A DNA stretch of 64,000 bases from an uncultured Verrucomicrobiota bacterium. Lineage in GTDB: Bacteria > Verrucomicrobiota > Kiritimatiellia > CAIKKV01 > CAIJXV01. The stretch lies in contig CAZCDO010000001.1 in the NCBI GenBank assembly GCA_964497135.1, forward strand, positions 239 through 64,238, in the 5' to 3' direction. Under the pieces are notes generated by a model. That model was not told where the DNA came from and searched no databases. It saw only the letters and a list, made by a program, of their open reading frames with translations. Positions 34,415 through 43,785 of this stretch are shown piece after piece (position 1 is the stretch's first letter; each line of letters starts with the position of its first letter). Both the position numbers and the translations under genes were made by a program.

Positions 34415-37400
34415 ATGAAGAATTCGATTCGGACCCTGATAGCGCTGGTCGTCTCAACCAGTTGTTTCGGTGCCGGTGAAAGCAGGGTTTTATTCAAGGA
34501 CGCCTTTGACGGCACCGGGGACAAGCCCGCCGGCTTTACCGAGGCCTGTTCCATCAGCGAATATCCGCCCAGCCTCAAATCGCTCGCCTTTCGGCCTGTG
34601 AACGGCAAGCCGACCGAAGTCCATCAGGGGCTTTTTACCTTGCCGAAGGGGACCGCGGAGTGCAAGGACTACGAATTGAGCTTCAAGTTCTTGTTCCCGC
34701 GTGCGAGCAAAAAAGAATTCACATTGAACATCGTCTCCGGGAATCCCGGCGAGAAGCGGGGACCGGTTTCGGAACTCATCACGATTTCGGAGAAGACGAT
34801 CGCCATTCGCCCGGACGCCTCGGGAAAGATCGTCTTCCCGACCAAGGGCGTCCCGGCGCCGGACATCCTGTTGATGCCGGACGGTGTATGGCACCAGGCG
34901 TTTGTCAAGGTCAGGGGAAAATCTCTCGAACTATTCATCGAGAACGATGGATGCGTGCGCAAGTTCGCGGAGGTGCAGCGTCGCAACGCGCCGTTGATCG
35001 GTTTCAACTTCGCCGGCTCCACGGCGGTGGATTTCGATGACCTTGAGGTTCGCCGGATCGATCTGGCCTCGGCGCGGGATTTCCGGGGCGAGGAGGGCGT
35101 CCGAACTCGCCAAGCCGCGGAAGCCATGGCCGGGATTCCAGCGGGTGCTTGGGTGGCGCATACCAACGGCGAAGCTCTCCTGATGGCGATTCCGGATGGA
35201 ACCGTGCTGGCGGCGGCGAGTTTCCGCATCGGTACGTACCCCGGGGCGATGACGATCAAGATCGGGTATGCCGACGGCTCGGTGAAAGACATTGCCGTGA
35301 AGACCTTTGCGTCGGAATACGCGAAGAAGGTTCTCCGGCAAGACAAGGTGGTCGAGGAGAAAGTGGTCCTCCCCGATGCGGGGATGAAGTTCACTGAGCA
35401 GCAGGCCAAAGACCCGAAGTCCGCTTGGAGCCTGAGCTACAATACGCGGCCGAACCTTCAATACCGCTACACACCAGAGGGCGAACTGCGGATCGTTTCC
35501 AACTGGGAGAGCTTCCGGGCGGCCTCGCGGAAGTTCATCCGGTTCGAACTGCGTCCGGACGAGAAGGGCGCACAGATCTGGATCGATGGCCGCTATGCCG
35601 GCCGCTTTGACCATGCGGTGAAGCTCAAAACGCTGACCTTTGTCCTGCCGGCGAACGGCGCGGTGATGGGCCAGGAAATTTCATCGAAACCGTTCAGCAG
35701 CAGATATCTGGCGCTCGATGTGAGCCAGATCGCCAACCCCGGCTTACTGACCGATGCCACGCTCTCGTTTCCCAAAGGCGCGAACACCATCTCTGGAATT
35801 CCGTTTCTGGTCACCGACGGACCCGGCAATGCGGATACCGGGGTCTGCCGCGAGAATCTCGGCAGTTTCGCCCTGGAATGCGATGGATACCTGTCGCGCA
35901 CACCGTTCGAAGGCATGCCGGAAAGTCTGCTCTTGAGTGTTCCCCTGGCTCAATACAACCGGGCCTGGGCGCTTTGTGCCGTTGAGGACGATCCCGACAA
36001 GGTGTCCGTGATCACTGCGCGCCTGACGAAATTCCTGCCGGGCTCTGCGGTCGGGCGGGGTCCGGCCATCGCCGACACCGCGATCACCCTGCCCCGCTCC
36101 GGCGAACCCCTGCCGGAGGGCGTGCAGAAGGTGGGCGAGGTGAAGACCGGCGGCAAGACCCTGTCCCTTTATCTTGTGGAGTTCAAGATGGACACCGGCA
36201 ACCTCCAGGAGATCATTTTTCAGGAGCGCCCCGTCTGGCTGGATTTCGAACTGCTCGGGAAGCGCAACGACAAGGACAACTTTTATTTCGACCGCTCGCG
36301 CAAACCCTCGGACGATATCAGCGGCGTTCATGTTTTCGCCGCCACCCTCGAGCGGTCGCCGGTGGAGATGTGGATCATGCCGGCCGTGTTCGGCAATATC
36401 TACCAGCCCGGCGAGAAGCCCGCGATGACCGCCACCTTATCCTCGGTCGAAAAAAGCTCGTGCCGGTTGGAGTGGGCCGTCCGCGATATCCACGGAAAAA
36501 TTATCGAGCAGGGCAGTCGGAACGTCTCCTTCGCGCGGGCCGGTGAGGAAACGAAGATCGAAACCCCGTTCGCACAGAAGGATCTGGGCTGGTACGGCGT
36601 GGACTACCGGCTCACCGGCAAGGACGGGCGCGAACTCCTCCAGCATACGGCGTCTTTTGCGCGGATCGCCGCCGACACGCGCAATGCCGGCTATGAGTCG
36701 CCGTACTTCGCGTGGAACTTCGGCGGCGCGCACGGGACGATCGGGGACATCGCCGTTTCCGGCCCCTTGCTCCTGAAAGCCGGCATTCGCAGCACGCACG
36801 TCAAAAGCGAGACGGACGGCGCGCCGTGGAAGCTGACGATGAGTCAACTTCCCCGCCTGGCGCCCAAAAGCAAAGATCCCCAGAAAGCGGAAAAAGAACT
36901 CGAGGTGCTGATCAAGAAAGCCATCTCAAATTATCCGCACGCCTCCATGGCTTTGATTTTCCACGAAAGCGGCGGCGGCCCGTTCCCCCTCGAACTGCTG
37001 GGCGGCAAAACCGAGGTGGATGACCGGCAGGCGGCGGATGACCGGAACCGGGCAGAGCATGTGGCGATGATCGCCAAGGCCTACCGCAAATATGCCCCGC
37101 AGATCAAGCTGGTCGTGGGCAATTCCGGCACGGCCACGCCGGGTTTGCTGGCCCAACTCTTTCGCGCCAAGGTTCCGCGTGAATATATCGACTATATCGG
37201 CGAAGAGACCGTCGGCATGACGATGCCTCCTGAACTCAGTGTAGCAAAGGAAAACTGGATACTCCGGGAAACCGCCCGCGTTTTCGGTTACGGTGAAATT
37301 CCGGTCAGCGCCTGTTACGAGTGGAAGTGCCGCCGTTCGCGGAATCTCGGCCTGGAGCGGCTCGCGGAATGGAATGTGCGCGATATTCTGATTGCTCATG

Positions 37401-38524
37401 CGTGGAACTTTCCCCTCATCTCGACGGTCGGCCTGCCGGATGTGTCCTACAGCTATTACAACAGCGTCTGGGGCGACTCGGCGTTTACCCACAACCCGCA
37501 GGTCTATCCGAAGCCCGGCTATCCGGCGGTGTCGACGGCAACGCTCGTGCTGGACTGCGCGAAATTCAAACGCCAGATATCAACCGGTTCATTGACTGTT
37601 TATGCGCTGGAGTTCAAGCGCGGGACCGAGTTCATCTACGCGTTCTGGACTGCGCGGGGAGAACTGGATGCCACGCTGACGCTTGAGAAAGCGGCTTCTG
37701 TCCGGCTCACCGAACTTCTGGGCCGCTCGTCGGAATTGAAGAGTTCCGGCGGCACGCTCACGATTCGCGTGGGCGAAGGTGCCGTGTATTTGACAAGTCC
37801 CGTGGCCTTGAAGGCGGTGTCTTCCCTGGGAGAGCGGAGCTTCCCGCGCGAACAGCCCCCGGTCGAAGCGAAAATTATCGTGGCCAACCGGATGGATCAA
37901 GCCGGAGAGTGGAAAATCGAGGGGACCGTCGATGCTCGCATCGACATCCCCGCGACGCACCCGGCCGCCCTCTACCGGCCCTTTCGCCGGCCCGGCGTCT
38001 ATGACCTGCGCTCGGTCAAAGACGAACAAAAAGGCGATTGTCTGGAGCTCGAACTCATCCAGACGAACGACTGCCCGGTACTTCTGCAGGAATACGCATT
38101 CCTCAGGTTGACAAATGCCATCGCGCAACCCGGAACGCCTCACACCATCGGGTTGTGGGTCAAAGGCAACTCCTCCTGGGGCAAGGTGTTTTGGGAAATC
38201 GAGGACGCCGAAGGCGAGAAATGGCTCTCCGCCGGCAGCGGCGGGTATGGCTGCGACGTCTATGACTGGCCCGAACTGGCTGGAATCAATTTTGACGGCT
38301 GGCACTTCCTGCAGTTCCCGATCACAGGCAAATCACCCATTTCCGTGCAGAGTCCGGGGCAGGATGGCTATCAGTGGCAACACGACGGGACCGGGAACCG
38401 GCGGATCGACTATCCCATCAAGGTCACCGGGGTCGCGGTCTCCATGCCGCGCAAGGCCCTTAATCTGCTGGAGATGATGCCGGTCAGGACCCTATTGCGT
38501 TTGAAGGATATCTCAACCTACTGA
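34415..38524 (+). CDS. large secreted protein (1369 aa) with N-terminal DUF1080-like (3-keto-disaccharide-hydrolase/LamG-type jelly-roll) domain
   Basis: Signal peptide MKNSIRTLIALVVSTSCFGAG. DUF1080-type motifs LFKDAFDG...HQGLFTLPKG...DYELSFKFLFP...FTLNIV. AT-rich leader. Confidence 0.55.
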   Translation: MKNSIRTLIALVVSTSCFGAGESRVLFKDAFDGTGDKPAGFTEACSISEYPPSLKSLAFRPVNGKPTEVHQGLFTLPKGTAECKDYELSFKFLFPRASKKEFTLNIVSGNPGEKRGPVSELITISEKTIAIRPDASGKIVFPTKGVPAPDILLMPDGVWHQAFVKVRGKSLELFIENDGCVRKFAEVQRRNAPLIGFNFAGSTAVDFDDLEVRRIDLASARDFRGEEGVRTRQAAEAMAGIPAGAWVAHTNGEALLMAIPDGTVLAAASFRIGTYPGAMTIKIGYADGSVKDIAVKTFASEYAKKVLRQDKVVEEKVVLPDAGMKFTEQQAKDPKSAWSLSYNTRPNLQYRYTPEGELRIVSNWESFRAASRKFIRFELRPDEKGAQIWIDGRYAGRFDHAVKLKTLTFVLPANGAVMGQEISSKPFSSRYLALDVSQIANPGLLTDATLSFPKGANTISGIPFLVTDGPGNADTGVCRENLGSFALECDGYLSRTPFEGMPESLLLSVPLAQYNRAWALCAVEDDPDKVSVITARLTKFLPGSAVGRGPAIADTAITLPRSGEPLPEGVQKVGEVKTGGKTLSLYLVEFKMDTGNLQEIIFQERPVWLDFELLGKRNDKDNFYFDRSRKPSDDISGVHVFAATLERSPVEMWIMPAVFGNIYQPGEKPAMTATLSSVEKSSCRLEWAVRDIHGKIIEQGSRNVSFARAGEETKIETPFAQKDLGWYGVDYRLTGKDGRELLQHTASFARIAADTRNAGYESPYFAWNFGGAHGTIGDIAVSGPLLLKAGIRSTHVKSETDGAPWKLTMSQLPRLAPKSKDPQKAEKELEVLIKKAISNYPHASMALIFHESGGGPFPLELLGGKTEVDDRQAADDRNRAEHVAMIAKAYRKYAPQIKLVVGNSGTATPGLLAQLFRAKVPREYIDYIGEETVGMTMPPELSVAKENWILRETARVFGYGEIPVSACYEWKCRRSRNLGLERLAEWNVRDILIAHAWNFPLISTVGLPDVSYSYYNSVWGDSAFTHNPQVYPKPGYPAVSTATLVLDCAKFKRQISTGSLTVYALEFKRGTEFIYAFWTARGELDATLTLEKAASVRLTELLGRSSELKSSGGTLTIRVGEGAVYLTSPVALKAVSSLGERSFPREQPPVEAKIIVANRMDQAGEWKIEGTVDARIDIPATHPAALYRPFRRPGVYDLRSVKDEQKGDCLELELIQTNDCPVLLQEYAFLRLTNAIAQPGTPHTIGLWVKGNSSWGKVFWEIEDAEGEKWLSAGSGGYGCDVYDWPELAGINFDGWHFLQFPITGKSPISVQSPGQDGYQWQHDGTGNRRIDYPIKVTGVAVSMPRKALNLLEMMPVRTLLRLKDISTY

Positions 38525-38530
38525 GGAACG

Positions 38531-40360
38531 ATGAAAATTACAAAACCCGGGATTGCTCGCGGAACATCACACAGTCGGGATGACCTGCAAGGATTGATCG
38601 GCTTATTGGCGAAAGATCGCACCACGGGGTTGCACCGGATCCGGTTCGAGCAGGTGACCGAACCCGGGCTCTGCGAGGTTGAGCGGCAGGGATTGGAAAT
38701 GGTGGTCCGGTATGCCACCCCGGCCCAAGTCGGCCGGGCGTTGGGGGCCTTGAAGGCGGGGCTGGTCCCGGCCAAAGGCGTGTATCGCGAAACCACCCCG
38801 TTCAAGACCCTGGGGGTCATGCTGGACTGCTCGCGCAACGCCGTCATGACGGTGGAACACCTGACCGGGGTCTGGCTCCCGCGGCTGGCGTTGCTCGGGT
38901 ACAACCAGGTGATGTTGTACACGGAAGACACCTATGAACTGCCCGGAGAACCCTACTTCGGCTACCAACGGGGTGCCTATACCGCCCGGGAGCTTTCCAC
39001 CATCGTGGCGGCGGCGGCAGTTTTGAATGTCGAGGTTGTCCCGTGCATTCAGACGCTCGGCCATTTGGCGCAGATTTTAAAACATGGCGCCTACGGGCCG
39101 GTGCGCGACACGGGTTCCGTCCTCATGGTTGGCGAACCGAAGACCTATGAGCTGATCGAGAAAATGATTGCGCACTGGGCCGGGATCATGCGGACCCGCC
39201 GCATCCATATCGGAATGGACGAAACCCACGATCTGGGCCGCGGTCGATACATGGACCGCCACGGCTACCGGAACGGGTTCGATCTCTTCAACGAGCACTT
39301 GAAAAAAGTGGCGGCGATTTGCCGGAAATACGGGCTGAAGCCCATGATCTGGTCCGACATGTATTTCCGGCTGGGCAGCAAAACGAATGACTACTACGAT
39401 CGTAAGGCGACGATCCCCCCGCGTGTGGCCAAACGTATTCCGCGCGACGTCGATCTGGTTTACTGGGACTACTACCACGACGATCCGGCTTTCTATCTCG
39501 ACTGGATTGAGCGGCACCGCAAGCTCGGGAAGGAACCGATCATGGGGTCCGGCATCTGGACCTGGAACATGCACTGGCACCATCGCCGGCTGACGGAGGC
39601 CAACGCGGGCGCCTGCGTGCGCGCCTGCTACCAGGCCAAGCTCAAGGAGGTGCTGTTCACGATGTGGGGCGATAACGGAGCTTTCTGCGATCACGATTCC
39701 GCGTTCGCCGGCATGGCGTACTGCGCCGATCTGGCCTACGGCAGTGCCAAGCCCTCCGCGGCCCGGCTCGAGAAACGGTTTGCGGCCGTCTGCGGCGGGA
39801 GTTACGCCGCGCACCAACTGGCCGGCGACTTGTATTTAGCCACTAATTACAGCAACAATGGTCCCGGGCCGTGGCCCTCGTTGTGGGACGATCCGTTCGG
39901 CGAGACGGGGTTTCGCACCTGGGCGAAGGATGACCCGCGCCGGATGGCCCAATCGGCCCGTCACTATGCGAAACTGGCGGATAAACTGCGGCCGTTATCC
40001 GGCGATCGCGCCTGCGGCGACCTGGGGTATGCCCATAGCGTGGCGTGGTTGCTCGCGGAACGCTACCGCCTGTGCACCGACCTGATGACGGTGTATCGGC
40101 GCGGGGACCGGCCGGGACTGCGGGCCGTTCGGCGGCGCATCCCGCGGGTGTTGACCGCCCTGAAAGATCTCGAAAAAACGTTCCGGCGGATGTGGCTGAG
40201 CCACAACAAGCCGGAAGGCATGGAGGCGATCCAGGGGCGGTTCGGATGGATCGAGGTCCGGTATCGGGAACTCGATCAACGTCTCGGTGAATACCTGGCC
40301 GGGAAATGCGCCACCCTGGCGGAATTCGAGTACCGGTGTCCACCCGGAGCGGCTCAATGA
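38531..40360 (+). CDS. glycoside hydrolase family 20-like (beta-N-acetylhexosaminidase-like) TIM-barrel enzyme
   Basis: GVMLDCSRN (GH20 barrel entry motif, RGxMLDxSR). IHIGMDETHD (variant of the GH20 catalytic H-x-G-G-D-E). Confidence 0.5.
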   Translation: MKITKPGIARGTSHSRDDLQGLIGLLAKDRTTGLHRIRFEQVTEPGLCEVERQGLEMVVRYATPAQVGRALGALKAGLVPAKGVYRETTPFKTLGVMLDCSRNAVMTVEHLTGVWLPRLALLGYNQVMLYTEDTYELPGEPYFGYQRGAYTARELSTIVAAAAVLNVEVVPCIQTLGHLAQILKHGAYGPVRDTGSVLMVGEPKTYELIEKMIAHWAGIMRTRRIHIGMDETHDLGRGRYMDRHGYRNGFDLFNEHLKKVAAICRKYGLKPMIWSDMYFRLGSKTNDYYDRKATIPPRVAKRIPRDVDLVYWDYYHDDPAFYLDWIERHRKLGKEPIMGSGIWTWNMHWHHRRLTEANAGACVRACYQAKLKEVLFTMWGDNGAFCDHDSAFAGMAYCADLAYGSAKPSAARLEKRFAAVCGGSYAAHQLAGDLYLATNYSNNGPGPWPSLWDDPFGETGFRTWAKDDPRRMAQSARHYAKLADKLRPLSGDRACGDLGYAHSVAWLLAERYRLCTDLMTVYRRGDRPGLRAVRRRIPRVLTALKDLEKTFRRMWLSHNKPEGMEAIQGRFGWIEVRYRELDQRLGEYLAGKCATLAEFEYRCPPGAAQ

Positions 40361-41904
40361 GTCAACATCGCTACCAGGGGATTCGGCCGACGGATCGTTT
40401 CGGCCGGTGTGGCCTCCTCAATCCGGAACGCGGATTGCGCCTCGAGGTGCAGGTGGGTCGATTGACGACGGACCGGTATCCGGAGATTTACCAGCAGGAC
40501 TTCATGCGGGCGCAAGGCGGGTACTACTCGGATTACTACTGGGTTTGGCAGGCGGAACAGTATCGGACCGACGGAGTGACGGTCGTTCAGGCGTACTGCT
40601 ATCTCGATCGGTATATGGATTGCGAGATTCCGAGCGAGGCCCTGGATGCGATCCAGCGCAGTTTTGACCGGGCCCGTGAAGCCGGCATCAAATTTCTCCT
40701 GCGCTTTGCGTACGGGCATGACGACAATCAGTTCGCCTGTCCGGACCTCCTGCGCATCCTGGCTCACATGGACCAACTGGCGCCGCTCATCCAGCGCAAC
40801 GCCGATGTCATCTATGTGCTGCAATGCGGCTTCCTGGGCGCCTGGGGCGAGTTCCACAGCTCGGCGAATGGTATTGACCGGAAGATCGAGTGTACCTGTG
40901 AGGTGGTCCGTAAGACGCTTGAGATCCTGCCCGACGATCTGTTTACCCAGATGCGGCGGGGGGAATATAAGATGCGGAATCTGAAGGCCTTAAACGCCTT
41001 CGAGGTGCTGAGCGATCGGATCGCCTTTACGCAGCACCCCGCCGCGCGGATCGGATTTTTCAACGACGCGACGCTGGCGAACATCGGGGACGCCGGAACG
41101 TGGACCGAAGCGCCCTATGGTCAGCCCGGTTCCGCGCAATTCGATTACGTCACGACAGAGGCGCCCTTCATGCCGGTGGATGGCGAACTCTTCTGGACCG
41201 GGTCGATCGCCCAGCGCAACAGCGATGGCGGGTTGTGCTCCGAGCGGTTGCGCCTGCACCATTACACAACCTTCAGTTATGTTCACAGCTATTCGCAACT
41301 CGATAAAATGCATGGTGTGCCTCACACGATTGACGATTGGAAGGCGTGGCCGGTTTCGGAAGCCGACCTGCGCGCCCGGCGTCTGCCGGTGTCGGACGGC
41401 TATTTCGCGGGGTCCGGGGAAACGCCGGTCGTCGTGCGCACGGCCTTCGAGTATATCCGCGACCATCTCGGCTATCGGCTGGAAATGCAACACGCGGAGT
41501 GGCCCGATGAAACGGCGGCCGGCCGCGATTTCACCGTGTCCTGCGCGTTGATCAATCGCGGGTTTTCGACCCCGATCAAGCGTCGCGCCGCGCGCGTTCT
41601 GCTTTTACATGCATCCGGTGAATGCGTTGACATTCCATCCGATGGCCAGGCGCAGGCTTGGCAGCCGTATACGCCCGGCGATGCCGGGTTCGCGCCGTTG
41701 ACGCACTCGATCACGGCTCGGATCCGGTTGCCCGAGACGATGAAGGCGGGCGAGTGGGAGGTTGCGCTCTGGCTGCCGGATGCAGCGGAAACGCTGAGTC
41801 TGCGGCCGGAATATGCGATCCGGCTGGCGAATCGCGACACGCCCTGGCGGGAGGTCGGCGGACGAGGCTGTAATATTTTGGGTCGGGTTCTGGTAACACG
41901 GTGA
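40357..41904 (+). CDS. DUF4874/DUF4832-like putative glycoside hydrolase
   Basis: NPERGLRLE... N-terminal motif characteristic of DUF4874 followed by a TIM-barrel-like region. ATG overlaps the upstream stop (ATGA). Family assignment from memory. Confidence 0.45.
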   Translation: MSQHRYQGIRPTDRFGRCGLLNPERGLRLEVQVGRLTTDRYPEIYQQDFMRAQGGYYSDYYWVWQAEQYRTDGVTVVQAYCYLDRYMDCEIPSEALDAIQRSFDRAREAGIKFLLRFAYGHDDNQFACPDLLRILAHMDQLAPLIQRNADVIYVLQCGFLGAWGEFHSSANGIDRKIECTCEVVRKTLEILPDDLFTQMRRGEYKMRNLKALNAFEVLSDRIAFTQHPAARIGFFNDATLANIGDAGTWTEAPYGQPGSAQFDYVTTEAPFMPVDGELFWTGSIAQRNSDGGLCSERLRLHHYTTFSYVHSYSQLDKMHGVPHTIDDWKAWPVSEADLRARRLPVSDGYFAGSGETPVVVRTAFEYIRDHLGYRLEMQHAEWPDETAAGRDFTVSCALINRGFSTPIKRRAARVLLLHASGECVDIPSDGQAQAWQPYTPGDAGFAPLTHSITARIRLPETMKAGEWEVALWLPDAAETLSLRPEYAIRLANRDTPWREVGGRGCNILGRVLVTR

Positions 41905-41922
41905 GGTTGAAAAGGACAAATC

Positions 41923-43785
41923 ATGAAGAAACGTAAATTGTTTTTTGCGGGGGTCGGGCTCGTGCTCCTGGGAGGCGCTGCGCTGGCCGCGGACGGTATC
42001 GCCAATCCGATCTACCAGGCCCAGTCCGCACGGGCCGTGAAGAACAGGGCCGCCAACCAGCTTAAGGTGAGCGAGGCGCTGAAAGCGGCGTCGTTGCCGG
42101 GCGGACTGATCGCCTATTTTGTCGTCCCCGCCATGAGCGATGTGATGCGGCTGGCCGACACCTATCCCGACGACGGGCGCCTCAACGGCGAGTTGCGGAT
42201 CGTGGCCGCTCAGGACGAATTCGAGCCGGCATCGTTCCAGCTCTACTCGTTCACCGGGCGGAAGGATGTGAAACTGGCGGTTTCGGCGTTGAAAGGACCG
42301 GGAGACGCATTCATCCCGGCCGGCGAACTTGACCTGAAAGTCGTCAAGGTTTGGTTCCAAAACGGTAACGCCTGGATCAGCTACTTTGCCGATGTCGGGT
42401 TGAAACTGGTGCCCGAGTTGTTGCTCCACGATGAGAACATGGTGAAGGTCGACAGCCAGGAGGTGGCGAACTACGCCCGGCTCAAGGACCCGAGCGGCGA
42501 GCGGTGGGTCTGGATCTCGGCGCCCCGCAAATTGGAGACCTCGACCTTCAGTCCCACGCTGGAGCCGTTCGAGGACGCCCCGTCGTTGTTGCCGGTGGCG
42601 CTCCCGGCCGGGGAATTCAAACAGTTCTTTCTGACCGCCCACGTTCCGAAGAACCAGACCCCGGGCGTGTACCAAGGGGCCGTCACGGTGACCGACGGCA
42701 GCAAGTCCCTGATTGAAATTCCGGTTTCCGTGCGGGTCCTGCCGTTCGAATTGCCGAGGCCGCGCCCATATTTCGATTTGAAGCGGGACTTCCTCGTCTC
42801 GGTCATGGGGGGGACGACCTTGTCCGGGATGAAAAGGCTTTTCGGGGGCGACGAGAAACTCGCCACAGAGAAGTACCGTCAGTACCTGGTGAACCAGCGC
42901 AATCACGGCATTTTCAATCCCGTCGTGGACCAGGATGAGGAGAACTTCGCCTTGCTCAAAGAGTTGGGGTTGCCGACCAAGCCGGTCATGGAAGGTGGCG
43001 GCAGGCGGTTCATGCCCTGGCCAGGCTTGAATTTCGGGGGTCGTCTTTCGTTCGACCAGTACATGGCGTACAAGGAGGGGGCTCAGAAATGCGCTGAATA
43101 CTACATGAAGCTGGTGGGCCACACGGATCTGCTGGCCAGCTACGGGGATGAGCAGGGGCCCGCTTTCGTGGCCACGCACCGGAACGCCTTCAAGTACTAC
43201 GAGGACTATGGCATCAAGATCGGGTGCGCTGGGCACGCGGCGCTCATGAACAAGGGCGGGTACACGTACGGCGTTCACCCGATGGGAGGCGAACCGGATT
43301 CTGTCGAGCGCATCCGGCCCTGGAACGAGATCGGAGATAAGTACGTGGGCTTCTACGCGTCGCAGCATACGGGGTCGGAAAATCCTCAGTTCGTGCGCCG
43401 TCAGCATGGCCTGCTCGGATACCTCAGCAACTTGAGCATGGTGTATAACTACGAGTTTGCCCTGGGGCCGTGGAACGATCTCACGTGGGATTTATACAAG
43501 CCCATGGTTCTGGCCTACCTCAACCGGGGTGGATTGGTCGATACCCTGCAATGGGAAGGATTCCGTGAAGGTATCGACGATATGCGCTATGCCACCCAGC
43601 TCAAACTGCTGGTGCAGAAGGCCGTGGAGTCGGGTAATACGGAACGTATGCTGGAGGGCAAGAAGGCGCTCCAGTACCTCGCGTTGCTGAAGGGCGCCGA
43701 GATGGATCTGAATGCGGTCCGAGCCGAAATGATCAATTACATCCTGAAACTGATGAGCCTGCAAGGGCCGGGGGAGAGCCGATAA
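41923..43785 (+). CDS. secreted hypothetical protein (620 aa), likely carbohydrate-active
   Basis: Signal peptide MKKRKLFFAGVGLVLLGGAALA. Operon context. No recognised catalytic motif. Confidence 0.55.
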   Translation: MKKRKLFFAGVGLVLLGGAALAADGIANPIYQAQSARAVKNRAANQLKVSEALKAASLPGGLIAYFVVPAMSDVMRLADTYPDDGRLNGELRIVAAQDEFEPASFQLYSFTGRKDVKLAVSALKGPGDAFIPAGELDLKVVKVWFQNGNAWISYFADVGLKLVPELLLHDENMVKVDSQEVANYARLKDPSGERWVWISAPRKLETSTFSPTLEPFEDAPSLLPVALPAGEFKQFFLTAHVPKNQTPGVYQGAVTVTDGSKSLIEIPVSVRVLPFELPRPRPYFDLKRDFLVSVMGGTTLSGMKRLFGGDEKLATEKYRQYLVNQRNHGIFNPVVDQDEENFALLKELGLPTKPVMEGGGRRFMPWPGLNFGGRLSFDQYMAYKEGAQKCAEYYMKLVGHTDLLASYGDEQGPAFVATHRNAFKYYEDYGIKIGCAGHAALMNKGGYTYGVHPMGGEPDSVERIRPWNEIGDKYVGFYASQHTGSENPQFVRRQHGLLGYLSNLSMVYNYEFALGPWNDLTWDLYKPMVLAYLNRGGLVDTLQWEGFREGIDDMRYATQLKLLVQKAVESGNTERMLEGKKALQYLALLKGAEMDLNAVRAEMINYILKLMSLQGPGESR

